Source of the DNA: a virus
Reading direction: 5' to 3' (one strand)
DNA length: 64,000 nt
IMG/VR virus record: IMGVR_UViG_3300027759_000048
The notes beneath the pieces are model-generated. The model saw only the letters and a list, made by a program, of their open reading frames with translations, was not told the origin of the DNA and made no database searches. Below, piece after piece: positions 1 through 10,665 of this stretch. Made by a program: the position numbers and the translations under genes. Within the stretch, counting starts at the first letter, position 1; each line of letters starts with the position of its first letter.

Positions 1-174
1 TAGGTCATTAATGACGGTTTCTTGTAATGCTAACTCTTTCTCTAAGGCTTCCACTCTGGCTTGTGCTAGTGTAGCCTCTTCTATGGAATTTTTCCAAATG
101 TATATTCCGCCGCCGGCAATGATAGCCATAACTATTCCTAAAATCAAATTGATTGTCCAACTATTAACGGGCAT
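1..174 (-). CDS. N-terminal part of a membrane-anchored coiled-coil protein, possibly i-spanin (runs off window edge)
   Basis: Not in ORF track. ATG at 174 with GGAGGA upstream; MPVNSWTINLILGIVMAIIAGGGIYIWKNSIEEATLAQARVEALEKELALQ = one TM helix followed by coiled coil. Confidence 0.55.
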   Translation of the reverse strand, partial: MPVNSWTINLILGIVMAIIAGGGIYIWKNSIEEATLAQARVEALEKELALQETVINDL

Positions 175-227
175 CTTGACTCCTCCACACATCCTGATAT
201 AATATATATGTATGTGGGGAAAGAACA

Positions 228-422
228 ATGATCTTATGTTCCTGTAATACTATATCTTCCAGTAATGTAAAACAAATCCTTGAACACCATTCTGGTGATG
301 TTCCATCCGTTCAAGAAATTATGGAAAAGCATGGATGCTCGGTAGTTTGTGCTACCTGTGTTCAGAGTATCAAAATTGAGATAAGGAAACATTATGAAAG
401 TCAAAATCCGACCGTATGTTAA
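228..422 (+). CDS. Bfd-like [2Fe-2S] ferredoxin
   Basis: CxC near N-terminus (LCSCN) and CxxC (CATC) about 35 aa later in a 64-aa protein. Confidence 0.75.
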   Translation: MILCSCNTISSSNVKQILEHHSGDVPSVQEIMEKHGCSVVCATCVQSIKIEIRKHYESQNPTVC

Positions 423-1020
423 GTGGTGGGGTCCATATCAACTCGCCGAACTAATTCCATTCGTCAGTGAAGATACGCAAGACAAGATTGGTTCTTGGCT
501 ATCTAGAACTTGGGTTGATGATGTTTGCGAATGGTTAAACAGCAAAACCAAACGCAAGATTGAAGTTCGTATTGACAAGTATGATACTTGGAATATGGAT
601 AACACACTCGCACATATCATTCTTCCTATGCTTAAACAACTCAAAGAAACTAAACACGGTTCACCATTAGTTGATGATGAGGACTTGCCATCACATATGC
701 GTCATACCTTTAGCAAAGGTCCTGATGACTATGAGACAGATGACCGTTGGATTCATTACAAGTGGGAATGGGTTCTTAATGAAATGATTTGGGCCTTTGA
801 GAAAGAACTTGATGATGACTGGGAAGACCAGTTTCGTCATGGTGAACCAGTCTATTCAGATACATTGTTTGATGATGATGGTAATGATTATCAGCAACCA
901 CAAATAACACAAACAAATCCTGATTATTGGGTTGACTATGATAAGATTAAAGAGTATAATAACAGAATAGATAATGGATTCAGATTGTTCGGTAAGTATT
1001 ATCGTAACCTATGGGACTAA
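394..1020 (+). CDS. conserved hypothetical phage protein
   Basis: 208-aa ORF, AAGGA RBS, Trp-rich (DTWNMDNTLAHII..., FGKYYRNLWD). Confidence 0.7.
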   Translation: MKVKIRPYVKWWGPYQLAELIPFVSEDTQDKIGSWLSRTWVDDVCEWLNSKTKRKIEVRIDKYDTWNMDNTLAHIILPMLKQLKETKHGSPLVDDEDLPSHMRHTFSKGPDDYETDDRWIHYKWEWVLNEMIWAFEKELDDDWEDQFRHGEPVYSDTLFDDDGNDYQQPQITQTNPDYWVDYDKIKEYNNRIDNGFRLFGKYYRNLWD

Positions 1021-1030
1021 GGAGACTGAT

Positions 1031-1234
1031 ATGAATTTCAGCGAAAAGACAATGAAGATTTACGAAGAAGATTTTAAGCAGCGTGCCTATGATGGCAAGT
1101 GGGAACGCATCGGCAAGGTTGCTGATGAGGACAATGCTTATACCTTTGTCAACGAACATGGTAGCCGTATGACTACTGTGCCTTTCAAGTGGATCACACT
1201 TGGAGTTTATGACTACCTAATGGAGATTGTATAA
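1031..1234 (+). CDS. hypothetical protein
   Basis: GGAGA RBS before ATG 1031. Confidence 0.6.
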   Translation: MNFSEKTMKIYEEDFKQRAYDGKWERIGKVADEDNAYTFVNEHGSRMTTVPFKWITLGVYDYLMEIV

Positions 1235-1235
1235 T

Positions 1236-1547
1236 ATGGCAGCAAATCTAACACTAATCAAGTTCCTCGGCGGTGAAGAAATCATTGCTGAGGTTGTATC
1301 GGAGAACGTCGGACTAGTAATCAATGTGAAGAATCCTGTTCGCATTGTTGTTATTCCAGATCAACTAAATCCAAAGACGCCGCAGGTTGGACTTGCGCCG
1401 TATCTACAGTTTAGTGACGACAAGGAGTTTTCAATCAATAGAAGTCTAGTTGTTACTACAGCAAAGCCGCTACCAGAGTTTGTTAATCAGTATAACAGCC
1501 TCTTCGGTGGCATTCAGATTCCAACATCTAGCATCATCACACCTTAA
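1236..1547 (+). CDS. Sm-like fold protein
   Basis: LIKFLGGEEIIAEV...VKNP...LAPY pattern typical of T4-like Sm-fold proteins found near gp43. Confidence 0.55.
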   Translation: MAANLTLIKFLGGEEIIAEVVSENVGLVINVKNPVRIVVIPDQLNPKTPQVGLAPYLQFSDDKEFSINRSLVVTTAKPLPEFVNQYNSLFGGIQIPTSSIITP

Positions 1548-4087
1548 TGAGATATTACACAAACGTTGAAATATGGGGCGGTAGAATACTCTATCGTGGT
1601 ATCGAAGATGGTCGGGCAGTCAAAGCAAAAGTTGACTACAGCCCGACTCTCTTCGTGTATTCTAAGAAGCCAACCAAATACACGACCATTCACGGCGAGT
1701 ATGTCGGTCCAGTTAAACCTGGATCGATTCGTGAATGTCGTGACTTTGTTGATCAATACGAAGATGTAGAAAGTTTCAGAATATATGGTAACACTCGTTA
1801 TCAGTATTGTTTCATTGCTGATGAGTTTCCAAATGTTATTGACTGGAACATAAACGACATCAAGATTGCTAACATCGATATTGAGGTTGGATCAGAGAAT
1901 GGCTTTCCAGAGCCAGATCAAGCTAAAGAGCCATTGACTGCCATCACAGTTAAGATGAATGGTCATTTCAATACGTTTGGTGTTGGTGATTATAGAAACA
2001 GCCGCAAGGATGTTACTTATCATAAATGTGCTAGTGAATATGAACTTATCACTAAGTTTCTTGGTTGGTGGCAGCAAGATCATCCAGATATCATTACTGG
2101 CTGGAACGTTGAACAGTTTGATATACCATATCTTGTAAATCGTATCACAAAACTATATGGTAACGAAGCAAAGAAGCTATCGCCTTGGAATGTTATCAAC
2201 ACCAAAGTGTTAGACTTAGGTATGGGTCGTCGTGGTCAAGGCTATACCATTCTCGGTATTGCTACACTCGATCTATTGTCACTATACAAAAAGTATTCAC
2301 CAACTGGACAGTCACAAGAGTCCTATCGTCTAGACAATATTGCTCATGTTGAACTTGGTGAGCGTAAACTGTCATACGATGAATATGGTTCACTTCATAA
2401 TCTATATAAGGATGACTTCCAAAAGTTCATCGACTATAACATCAAAGACGTTGACCTCGTTGACAAGATTGATGATAAAGGAAAGTTCATTGAACTTGCT
2501 TTGACACTATCCTATGATAACAAGTGTAATTATGAAGATGTGTTCGCACAGGTTCGTATGTGGGATGTGATTTGCTTCAATCATCTAAAGTCAAAGAACG
2601 TTGTTGTTCCGCCTATAGAGAAGCATAAAAAGGATACAGCATATGTTGGTGCTTACGTTAAAGATCCTCTTATCGGTTTTCACGATTGGGTGGCTTCTTT
2701 CGATGTTAATAGCGAGTATCCGTCTGTTATTATGGGAAGCAACATCTCTCCCGAAACCATTGTTGAGGTTGACGATTATACTGATGGTATGCGTCGTATT
2801 ATCGCCGATGGGGTATCCGTTGATACACTTCTTGCTAAGGGCGTCGATACATCTAGCCTTAACGATGACAATGTTTGTTTAACTGCTAACGGTCAGTTCT
2901 ATCGTCGTGACAAGCAAGGCTTCATGCCTGAAATGGTCGAGAAGATGTTCAATGACCGTAAAGTATATAAGAAGGCGATGTTAGATGCAGAGACACAATA
3001 CGAGAATGAGACGAACAAAGCAAAGAAGGCAGAACTTAAAAAGGAAATTGCTAAGTTTAAGAACCTGCAACTCAGCAAGAAAGTCTCACTTAATTCACTA
3101 TACGGCGCAATGGGCTCGAAATATTTTAGGTTCTTCGATCTACGCAATGCGATTGCGATCACGACTACTGGTCAACTATCCATACGCTGGATCGAAAGAT
3201 CACTTAACGACTATCTCAGGAAGGTACTAAAGTCCAATGATGACTTCGTTATTGCGGTTGACACTGATTCGGTTTATCTCAACCTTGGAGAACTGGTATC
3301 TAAGACGTTGCGTGACGATGTTAAAGATATTGAGAAAGCCATCAATTTCTTGGACAGAGTTTGTGAAAGTAAATTGCAACCTGTTATTGATAAGACTTGT
3401 GGAGAACTTGGTGATTACACTAACGTCTTTCAACAAAAGATTATCATGAAGCGTGAAGCATTGGCAGACAAAGCAATCTGGACTGCCAAGAAGCGTTATA
3501 TCCTAAATGTCTATAACAACGAAGGTGTGCAGTATGCTCAACCTAAGAAAAAAGTTATGGGCTTAGAAATGGTAAAGAGTTCAACACCAACAGCATGTAG
3601 AGAGAAACTTAGAGAGGCAATTGATGTTATCTTTGGCGCAGATGAGGAAGCTGTCATATCTTTCATTGAAACTTTCCGTGACGAATTTAAAACTCTTCCT
3701 TTGGCGGACATTGCTTTTCCTCGGGGTCTCAATGCATTGGTCAAGTGGCATGATAAGAAAACTTTGTTCGCATCAGGCACACCTATTCATGTTCGTGGTG
3801 CTATCTTATATAATCACCTTCTATCTAAGCATGGCATTGATACTAAGTATCAAATGATACAAACAGGTGAGAAGCTAAAGTATATCTACTTACAGGAACC
3901 AAACAACATTCAATCTAACATCATAAGTTTTCCTGCTGGAGGTATACCGGAAGAGTTTGACTTACACCAATATATAGACTATAATACACAATTCGACAAA
4001 TCGTTTCTGGAACCACTGAAGATCATTCTTGATGCTATCGGATGGAAATCAGAACGTGTATCAAGTCTAGAGGATTTCTTCTCATGA
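1547..4087 (+). CDS. 43: family B DNA polymerase (T4 gp43)
   Basis: DIEV ExoI, SFDVNSEYPS, KVSLNSLYG, VDTDS, KKRY, C-terminal clamp motif SLEDFF. Confidence 0.98.
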   Translation: MRYYTNVEIWGGRILYRGIEDGRAVKAKVDYSPTLFVYSKKPTKYTTIHGEYVGPVKPGSIRECRDFVDQYEDVESFRIYGNTRYQYCFIADEFPNVIDWNINDIKIANIDIEVGSENGFPEPDQAKEPLTAITVKMNGHFNTFGVGDYRNSRKDVTYHKCASEYELITKFLGWWQQDHPDIITGWNVEQFDIPYLVNRITKLYGNEAKKLSPWNVINTKVLDLGMGRRGQGYTILGIATLDLLSLYKKYSPTGQSQESYRLDNIAHVELGERKLSYDEYGSLHNLYKDDFQKFIDYNIKDVDLVDKIDDKGKFIELALTLSYDNKCNYEDVFAQVRMWDVICFNHLKSKNVVVPPIEKHKKDTAYVGAYVKDPLIGFHDWVASFDVNSEYPSVIMGSNISPETIVEVDDYTDGMRRIIADGVSVDTLLAKGVDTSSLNDDNVCLTANGQFYRRDKQGFMPEMVEKMFNDRKVYKKAMLDAETQYENETNKAKKAELKKEIAKFKNLQLSKKVSLNSLYGAMGSKYFRFFDLRNAIAITTTGQLSIRWIERSLNDYLRKVLKSNDDFVIAVDTDSVYLNLGELVSKTLRDDVKDIEKAINFLDRVCESKLQPVIDKTCGELGDYTNVFQQKIIMKREALADKAIWTAKKRYILNVYNNEGVQYAQPKKKVMGLEMVKSSTPTACREKLREAIDVIFGADEEAVISFIETFRDEFKTLPLADIAFPRGLNALVKWHDKKTLFASGTPIHVRGAILYNHLLSKHGIDTKYQMIQTGEKLKYIYLQEPNNIQSNIISFPAGGIPEEFDLHQYIDYNTQFDKSFLEPLKIILDAIGWKSERVSSLEDFFS

Positions 4088-5667
4088 GTAAACCAATCAA
4101 TAAGATTGTTATTGTCGGTGGTGGATCTGCTGGCTGGATGACTGCCGCAACTCTTATACAAAGATTGGACAATAGAGAGATCATTCTTATCGAAGATCCA
4201 AACACACCTACAGTCGGTGTTGGTGAATCCACGTTAGGCTTTATCAATGATTGGTTGCGTCTGCTCCAGATTAAAGACACAGACTTTATGAAAGCATGTG
4301 ACGCCACTTATAAGATGTCAATTAGTTTCACAGACTTTTATAAGATTGGTTCAGGCACGTTTCACTATCCGTTTGGTGAAATTGATACTGTAGGAAACAA
4401 GTATGCGAAGAACGATTGGTATCTAAAGAAGTTTCTATATCCAGAGACACCGCTATCTGATTATGCTGATAACATGTATCCCATTATGTCATTGGTTAAT
4501 GCTAATCGTATAACCACGGAAGATGGTGTGTTACCAGGATATAAGTTCAATAGAGATGCTGCTTATCACTTTGATGCTATCAAGTTTGCCATTTGGTTGC
4601 GTGACAAGTTTGTGAAACCAAGAGGTGTCAAACACATACAAGCATTGGTCAAAGATACTATCGTCAATGAAGATGGTATTGAGAAACTAGTTCTTGATGA
4701 TGGACGAGAGATTACGGCTGATCTATTCATTGACTGCACAGGCTTTGCTTCCATTCTTCTTGGTAAAGCAATGAATGAACCTTTTATCTCATTCAATGAT
4801 ATTCTACCAAACAACTCAGCATGGGCAGCACAGATTCCTTTTGATGATAAACGCAAAGAGATTGTTCCTTACACCGACTGTCATGCTCTTGGCAATGGTT
4901 GGGTATGGAACACACCATTGTGGAGTCGTTTGGGAACTGGCTATGTTTACTCTGATAAGTATATCTCTGATGAAGGCGCCTTAGATGAATTTAAGGCACA
5001 TCTAAAGTCTAAAGGTAAGTTGCGAGAAGAACAAAAGTTTCGCAAGATCAAATTCAGAGCAGGCGTATCAGAAAGAGTATGGGTTAAGAATGTTACGGCT
5101 ATTGGTCTATCTGCTGGTTTCATTGAACCACTAGAAAGCAACGGACTGTATAGTGTTCACATGTTCCTTGTTCGTTTGCTTCGTGCTCTTGATAGAGACA
5201 AGGAAGAACATCTTGTAACACAGTTTGATAAGGATGGTTACAACTGGTCATGCCGTGTAATGTTTGATAACTTTTCACAGTTCGTTGCCATGCACTATTC
5301 TCTATCACTTAGAAATGATACAGAGTATTGGAGAGATGTTGGCAACCGTAGTTATTGTGATGTTGAGAAATCTCTGAAGAGAGGTGTCTCTAGAAATGAA
5401 TCCTTCATAGGAGCTTATGAGTCAAAGTATGTTACAACAAGATTTAATAACGATGGTATCAATGCTGTGGCAACAGGACTAAACTACTTTCCTACTGACA
5501 TGCATTATATTCATTGGATGAATGATAGTGGCTTTAATCTAGCACAGGAGTTCGAACAGATAACAAAACATCTAAACGAAAAGAAAGATATTTGGGACTA
5601 CAAAGCATCTAAATGTCCAACTGTATATGACTTCACAAAGGAAAGGATCTATCATGGCGAAGAGTAA
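4084..5667 (+). CDS. flavin-dependent tryptophan-halogenase family protein
   Basis: GGGSAG, GVGEST, catalytic Lys region ATYK, FHYPFG, FIDCTGF, GWVWNTP, GFIEPLES. Confidence 0.9.
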   Translation: MSKPINKIVIVGGGSAGWMTAATLIQRLDNREIILIEDPNTPTVGVGESTLGFINDWLRLLQIKDTDFMKACDATYKMSISFTDFYKIGSGTFHYPFGEIDTVGNKYAKNDWYLKKFLYPETPLSDYADNMYPIMSLVNANRITTEDGVLPGYKFNRDAAYHFDAIKFAIWLRDKFVKPRGVKHIQALVKDTIVNEDGIEKLVLDDGREITADLFIDCTGFASILLGKAMNEPFISFNDILPNNSAWAAQIPFDDKRKEIVPYTDCHALGNGWVWNTPLWSRLGTGYVYSDKYISDEGALDEFKAHLKSKGKLREEQKFRKIKFRAGVSERVWVKNVTAIGLSAGFIEPLESNGLYSVHMFLVRLLRALDRDKEEHLVTQFDKDGYNWSCRVMFDNFSQFVAMHYSLSLRNDTEYWRDVGNRSYCDVEKSLKRGVSRNESFIGAYESKYVTTRFNNDGINAVATGLNYFPTDMHYIHWMNDSGFNLAQEFEQITKHLNEKKDIWDYKASKCPTVYDFTKERIYHGEE

Positions 5668-5842
5668 GAAAGACGAGCATCATAAAAATTCACCTGCTCG
5701 TTTATATGAGTTTGCGCCAGGACAAAATATAACTCCAAACAACATTGTTGAACTAGCAAATATTGTTCGTGTAGGTGTGAGTGGCGACCTATTAAAGAAA
5801 CTGTCACCAGAACTACAAAAACATTTCAAGGAAGTTGCGTAA
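5654..5842 (+). CDS. hypothetical protein
   Basis: AAGGA RBS before ATG 5654. Confidence 0.55.
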   Translation: MAKSKKDEHHKNSPARLYEFAPGQNITPNNIVELANIVRVGVSGDLLKKLSPELQKHFKEVA

Positions 5843-5881
5843 CGAGATTGTTAGCAACTAATTGACAAGAAGGAGAAACTT

Positions 5882-6934
5882 ATGTCAGATATATTCAAAC
5901 AACTAATATCAGAAATTGATAATGAATACGCAGGCATCGTTGATGACGGTGTTGCTGCTGGTGATGTGTCAGGTTTCATTGGCACAGGCAGCTATGTAAT
6001 GAATGCATTACTATCAGGAACAATCTATGGTGGACTACCACAGAATAAGGTTACAGCATTTGCTGGTGAACCTTCTGTTGGTAAGACGTTCTATGCATTG
6101 AATGTGGTAAAGCAGTTTCTAGAGGACAACGCAAGTGGATTTGTATTTTACTTTGAGTCAGAGTCCGCTATCTCCAAGCAGTTCATTACTGATCGTGGCA
6201 TTGACGCAAAGCGTGTTGGCATTATTCCTGTGGCTACTGTTCAAGAGTTTAGAACACAGGCAGTAAAGATCCTTGACAAGTATCTTGAAGGCAAAGAGAA
6301 GCCACCAATGATCTTTGTTCTTGATAGTCTTGGCAATCTATCAACCGACAAAGAGATGCAAGATATCGCTGATGGTAAAGACACAAGAGACATGACAAGA
6401 GCCCAATTGGTTCGTGGTGCTTTTCGTGTTCTTACATTGAAACTTGGCAAGGCTCAGGTTCCGTTGATTGTTACTAACCATGTCTATGATGTTGTTGGTT
6501 CGTATGTGCCAATGAAAAAGATGGGCGGCGGCTCTGGTCTAGAGTATGCTGCTTCTACTATTGTGTTTCTTTCAAAGAAGAAAGATAAGACACTAGATGA
6601 TGACAATGGTAGAACTGGTGCTGTGATTACCGCACATCTCAAAAAGTCTCGTATGACTGTAGAAGATAAGAAAGTTGAAACTTGGCTAAACTATTCTTCA
6701 GGTCTTGACAAGTATTATGGTTTGCTTGATCTTGCTGAAAAGTATGGTATTATAAAGAAAGTTTCTACTCGTTTTGAGTTCCCAAATGGTGCCAAAGCAT
6801 TTGAAAAGGAAATCAAAAAGAATCCTGAAAAGTTCTTTACAAAGGAAATCTTGGATGCTATCAATGAAGGATGCCAGGCAGACTTTCTTTATGGCAAATA
6901 CAATGAAGAGGTAGAAGATGGAACTGGGAACTGA
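5882..6934 (+). CDS. uvsX: RecA-like recombinase UvsX
   Basis: Walker [23 protein letters not shown]; synteny with gp41. Confidence 0.95.
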   Translation: MSDIFKQLISEIDNEYAGIVDDGVAAGDVSGFIGTGSYVMNALLSGTIYGGLPQNKVTAFAGEPSVGKTFYALNVVKQFLEDNASGFVFYFESESAISKQFITDRGIDAKRVGIIPVATVQEFRTQAVKILDKYLEGKEKPPMIFVLDSLGNLSTDKEMQDIADGKDTRDMTRAQLVRGAFRVLTLKLGKAQVPLIVTNHVYDVVGSYVPMKKMGGGSGLEYAASTIVFLSKKKDKTLDDDNGRTGAVITAHLKKSRMTVEDKKVETWLNYSSGLDKYYGLLDLAEKYGIIKKVSTRFEFPNGAKAFEKEIKKNPEKFFTKEILDAINEGCQADFLYGKYNEEVEDGTGN

Positions 6935-7271
6935 TTATAAGTTTAGAGATGATTTATTTAACGCAAAAGAAGCAGGATCTACGGTTCCTATTGAATTAAC
7001 CCTTGACCCTTTTGCTGGAGTAGTGTATCGTTATACAACTGTTACATTCAAGATGGGTGAGGATAACATTCCTCGCCTACTCTATGATTATGAGATCATC
7101 AAGACAAATGATTTGTCAATGACGACCTTGAGAAAGAATGAAAAGTTCAATGCGGCATTAGGATTAATTCTTAATACTGTATTGTTGGAATCGTCAGAAG
7201 TGGAGGGTGTGAGTGAGACTAGAACAAACGATACTGAAGAATCTGATCAAGGATCAGAATTACACTCGTAA
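6918..7271 (+). CDS. gp40-like head vertex assembly chaperone
   Basis: Size and position between uvsX and gp41, as in T4. Confidence 0.5.
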   Translation: MELGTDYKFRDDLFNAKEAGSTVPIELTLDPFAGVVYRYTTVTFKMGEDNIPRLLYDYEIIKTNDLSMTTLRKNEKFNAALGLILNTVLLESSEVEGVSETRTNDTEESDQGSELHS

Positions 7272-8586
7272 GGTTCTACCATTTCTGAAAGAAGAATACT
7301 TTGGTAATATGGAAGATCGGCTGCTTTTCAAAGAAGTGGCCGACTTCTTATTGAAGTATGGTGAGCAACCTACGTTTGATGCTCTTGATATTGAGATTAA
7401 CAACATTCGTGGCACAACGGATGATACTGTTAAGTCAATGCGGGAGACACTAAAAACTCTTAATGGTGACACAGAAAAGACAAACCCAGATTGGCTTTTA
7501 GACAATACTGAAAAGTTTTGCCAGGAAAAGGCAATCTATAATGCTATCACATCTTCATTGGAGATTATGAATGGCAAGGGCAAACTTACCAAAGGCGCTA
7601 TTCCTTCTCTTTTGTCTGATGCTCTTGCTATCTCTTTTGATCCTAATGTCGGCCATGATTATATAGAACAAGCAAATGATCGTTATGATTACTATCATCG
7701 TGTAGAAGAAAGAATACCTTTTGACCTAGATTACTTTAACAAGATTACGAAGAATGGCATTCCAAAGAAAACTCTTAATATCGTTATGGCTGGCGTCGGC
7801 GTTGGTAAGTCACTTACTCTATGTCACTTTGCTTCTGGTTATATAAACCAGGGCAAGAATGTTTTATATATCTCTATGGAACTTGCTGAAGAGGAAGTTG
7901 CTAAACGTATTGATGCTAATGTTCTAAATGTATCAATGGATGATCTTATGGTTCTACCAAGAGATATCTATGACAAGAAGATTGAAACACTGAAACAAAA
8001 GACTAACGGTAAGTTGATTGTTAAAGAGTATCCAACTGCTTCAGCCTCAACTGTTCATTTTAGATCATTGTTGAATGAACTTAACTTGAAGAAAGGATTT
8101 GTGCCAGACGTTATCATGATTGACTATCTCAACATTTGTGCCTCGGCTCGTATTAAACCAGGCAATGGTGTAAATTCTTACACATACATTAAAGCCATTG
8201 CTGAAGAGTTGCGAGGTCTTGCGGTAGAGTATAATGTTCCGATCTGGTCTGCCACACAGTTGACAAGAGGTGGGTATGGTTCAACTGATCCTGACCTTAC
8301 TGATACTTCCGAATCATTTGGTCTTCCAGCTACTGCGGATTTCTTCGTTGCTTTGATTGTAACGGAACAGTTGGAACAGTTAAATCAAATCATGGTAAAG
8401 CAATTGAAAAATAGGTATGCTGATCCATCCAGGTATAAAAGAGATGTAATAGGAGTTGACAAGACACGTATGAAGTTGTATGATGTTGAACAGTCTGCCA
8501 AAGATATAGTGGATACTGGGGAAGATATTCCTCAACCTAAACCAAAGTTTGAGAACAAGAACAAGTTCAAAGGATTAAAAGTATGA
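7213..8586 (+). CDS. 41: replicative helicase (T4 gp41, DnaB-like)
   Basis: AGVGVGKS, SMEL, IDYLNI, ATQLTR, SESFGLP, KQLKNRY. Confidence 0.96.
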   Translation: MRLEQTILKNLIKDQNYTRKVLPFLKEEYFGNMEDRLLFKEVADFLLKYGEQPTFDALDIEINNIRGTTDDTVKSMRETLKTLNGDTEKTNPDWLLDNTEKFCQEKAIYNAITSSLEIMNGKGKLTKGAIPSLLSDALAISFDPNVGHDYIEQANDRYDYYHRVEERIPFDLDYFNKITKNGIPKKTLNIVMAGVGVGKSLTLCHFASGYINQGKNVLYISMELAEEEVAKRIDANVLNVSMDDLMVLPRDIYDKKIETLKQKTNGKLIVKEYPTASASTVHFRSLLNELNLKKGFVPDVIMIDYLNICASARIKPGNGVNSYTYIKAIAEELRGLAVEYNVPIWSATQLTRGGYGSTDPDLTDTSESFGLPATADFFVALIVTEQLEQLNQIMVKQLKNRYADPSRYKRDVIGVDKTRMKLYDVEQSAKDIVDTGEDIPQPKPKFENKNKFKGLKV

Positions 8587-8816
8587 CCAAATACAAATAC
8601 TATCCTGAGTTCAATGATGACGATGAATTGCTTTGGCTTGTTCATGAGGAAGCGAGTGACCAGATTGTTGCTCAGTTTTTCTTTGAGGAAGACGCACAGG
8701 CTCTTTGTGACTTTCTGGGTAAAGGTGGTGGCTTCGCTGGCTTCACACCATCTTTCATTCTTCAAAGAGTTCCTGTTCAAGATATCAATCAAACCTTTCA
8801 GGCTGAGTTTGCTTAA
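8583..8816 (+). CDS. hypothetical protein
   Basis: Coupled to the gp41 stop; GGGFAGFTP motif. Confidence 0.6.
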   Translation: MTKYKYYPEFNDDDELLWLVHEEASDQIVAQFFFEEDAQALCDFLGKGGGFAGFTPSFILQRVPVQDINQTFQAEFA

Positions 8817-8817
8817 T

Positions 8818-8894
8818 GGTCCCATAGCTCAACAGGATAGAGTAACTGCCTTCTAAGCAGTAGGTTGGATGTTCGAGTCATCCTGGGATCGCCA
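8818..8894 (+). tRNA. tRNA-Arg(TCT)
   Basis: Acceptor GGTCCCA/TGGGATC, anticodon arm ACTGC-CTTCTAA-GCAGT, TTCGAGT T-loop, encoded CCA. Confidence 0.95.
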
Positions 8895-8913
8895 TTACAT
8901 TATGGAGATGAAA

Positions 8914-9093
8914 ATGCGTGAAGATACAAAGCATACATACTATTGGGTAGTTGAAGCAACAGACAATGGTAAAGTGATCTTTCGTAAAGAGTATCACGAT
9001 AAAGAAGGTAAAGCGTTTCGTGCTTACAATTCTTTGAAGTCAAGTGGAACTGTTTCAATTCAACGCAAATGGCATCAAAGGAATGTAGCATGA
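8914..9093 (+). CDS. hypothetical protein
   Basis: GGAG RBS, short ORF. Confidence 0.5.
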   Translation: MREDTKHTYYWVVEATDNGKVIFRKEYHDKEGKAFRAYNSLKSSGTVSIQRKWHQRNVA

Positions 9094-9212
9094 ATAAAGA
9101 TGAACTAAAGAGACAAGCCATCTTTAGAATGATCATGTTCTTTGCTATTACAATTGTTATTGGCTTTATTGCCAGCGACATTAACATACTATCAAGTCAA
9201 TAGGAGATAACC

Positions 9213-9353
9213 ATGTTCAACTTATCAGATGAAACAAGAACAGCCATTATCGCCATTCTTAGAGATAAGTTTGGTGTTACACAGACAGACGATGAAATCA
9301 ATACGGTCATTGATGAAATCGTTGACACAGTAAAACGTCAGTTTGGAATGTAA
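9213..9353 (+). CDS. small hypothetical protein (46 aa)
   Basis: AGGAG RBS; MFNLSDETRTAIIAILRDKFG... Confidence 0.55.
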   Translation: MFNLSDETRTAIIAILRDKFGVTQTDDEINTVIDEIVDTVKRQFGM

Positions 9354-9365
9354 GGAGAAAAAACA

Positions 9366-9536
9366 ATGGCAACAAATCCTCCACAAGAAATTCCACAAGA
9401 AGTTCTGGATCAACTTTTTAACACAATGAGATCAAAGCTGCCTGCTGAGGTTTCTGACGATGTTATTCGAGATATTATGACAATCAATTTGCAGATTGTT
9501 AGGCAGTTTCTACAAAGCACAGCACCTCCGTTTTAA
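9366..9536 (+). CDS. small hypothetical protein (56 aa)
   Basis: AAGGAG RBS; stop overlaps next ATG. Confidence 0.55.
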   Translation: MATNPPQEIPQEVLDQLFNTMRSKLPAEVSDDVIRDIMTINLQIVRQFLQSTAPPF

Positions 9537-10147
9537 TGTATATTGAAAAGTATTCTGGTGATCTAGAAAAGTTACAGAAACATCTTTATCCTATCATCTA
9601 TGATATGGTTAAAGTTGCTAAAGATGAACTTGCTGGTAAACCAGATACTCCTAATCTTAATGTGTTGAAAGGAACATCTACAGCATTCATTGCTGATGGT
9701 AGTGGTAATAATATACACAAAAATCCTGAGTTCAAAGAGATCACAGATTTTGTTATTGAGGCAGCTAACAGATACTTTGATGTAGAAGGATTGCCTAAAG
9801 ACAAATTGCAGATTGCCATGGCTTGGGTTAATGTGTATCCTAAAGGATCATATATCAAACCACATTATCATACTTTTCTTCCTGAAGTCCGTAGTGCAGT
9901 ATTCTATCTAAAGAGTTATGACAACTCTGGCAAACTATTCTTGAAAGATCATCCGAAACCTTATCTGTTAAACGAAGGTGAAGTATGTTTCTTTCCCTCT
10001 GAAATAGAACACTGGACAAGTCCTAACGAAAACGATGAAGATAGAATCATGATCGGATATGATATCTATTACGGAACATTTACTGAAAGGCAACTAAAAT
10101 CCCTCTTAAAAAGAGTGTTTGAGCATTGGTATACAATATGGACTTGA
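9536..10147 (+). CDS. 2OG-Fe(II) oxygenase-like protein
   Basis: WVN...HYH...VFYL...FPS..EH.T...R.MI pattern (HxH...H...R). Confidence 0.8.
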   Translation: MYIEKYSGDLEKLQKHLYPIIYDMVKVAKDELAGKPDTPNLNVLKGTSTAFIADGSGNNIHKNPEFKEITDFVIEAANRYFDVEGLPKDKLQIAMAWVNVYPKGSYIKPHYHTFLPEVRSAVFYLKSYDNSGKLFLKDHPKPYLLNEGEVCFFPSEIEHWTSPNENDEDRIMIGYDIYYGTFTERQLKSLLKRVFEHWYTIWT

Positions 10148-10172
10148 CATTCCGGGCTTTTTATGCTATTAT
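10144..10172 (+). promoter_or_regulatory. sigma70-type early promoter
   Basis: TTGACA-17bp-TATTAT with extended TG; near-identical copy at 12914. Confidence 0.75.
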
Positions 10173-10201
10173 AAAGCATAATGAGAAAGGAAATGGAATA
10201 G

Positions 10202-10663
10202 ATGAATAAAGTATGGGTATTTGATATTGACGGAACGCTGGCCGATAATGAACATCGGATGCACCATCTTGATGGTAAAAAAGAATGGGACGCATTCTTT
10301 GCCAAGCAACATTTGGATGAACCATATCAGCCAGTGATTGATGTTCTACATGCGCTGGCTAATGATCGTCCTGGTGATGCTGTCATTATCGTTACAGCCC
10401 GAGATGAGCGTTTCCGTGAAGATACCTTAGAGTGGCTTAATCGTCATATACCTTGGATCTCACATGATCACATGTATATGCGCCCTCGAGGTTTTCGTGG
10501 TGATGATGATAAGATGAAAGTTGATATCATCAAGACTTGGTTACAGCGTCATCCTAACTATACGGTTGGCGCAATCTTTGATGATCGTCACCGTATCATT
10601 GATGCCTTCCGCAATGAAGGTTGGTACACTTTCGAGTGTAATCAAACACGCAAGGAGTTTTAA
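10202..10663 (+). CDS. HAD phosphatase (PseT 3'-phosphatase-like)
   Basis: FDIDGTLA, VTAR, MR...D...K, FDDR. Confidence 0.85.
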   Translation: MNKVWVFDIDGTLADNEHRMHHLDGKKEWDAFFAKQHLDEPYQPVIDVLHALANDRPGDAVIIVTARDERFREDTLEWLNRHIPWISHDHMYMRPRGFRGDDDKMKVDIIKTWLQRHPNYTVGAIFDDRHRIIDAFRNEGWYTFECNQTRKEF

Positions 10664-10665
10664 TC

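Noticed and set aside
11-202. 63-aa + strand ORF
   Set aside because: The opposite strand has a GGAGGA RBS and a convincing TM/coiled-coil protein
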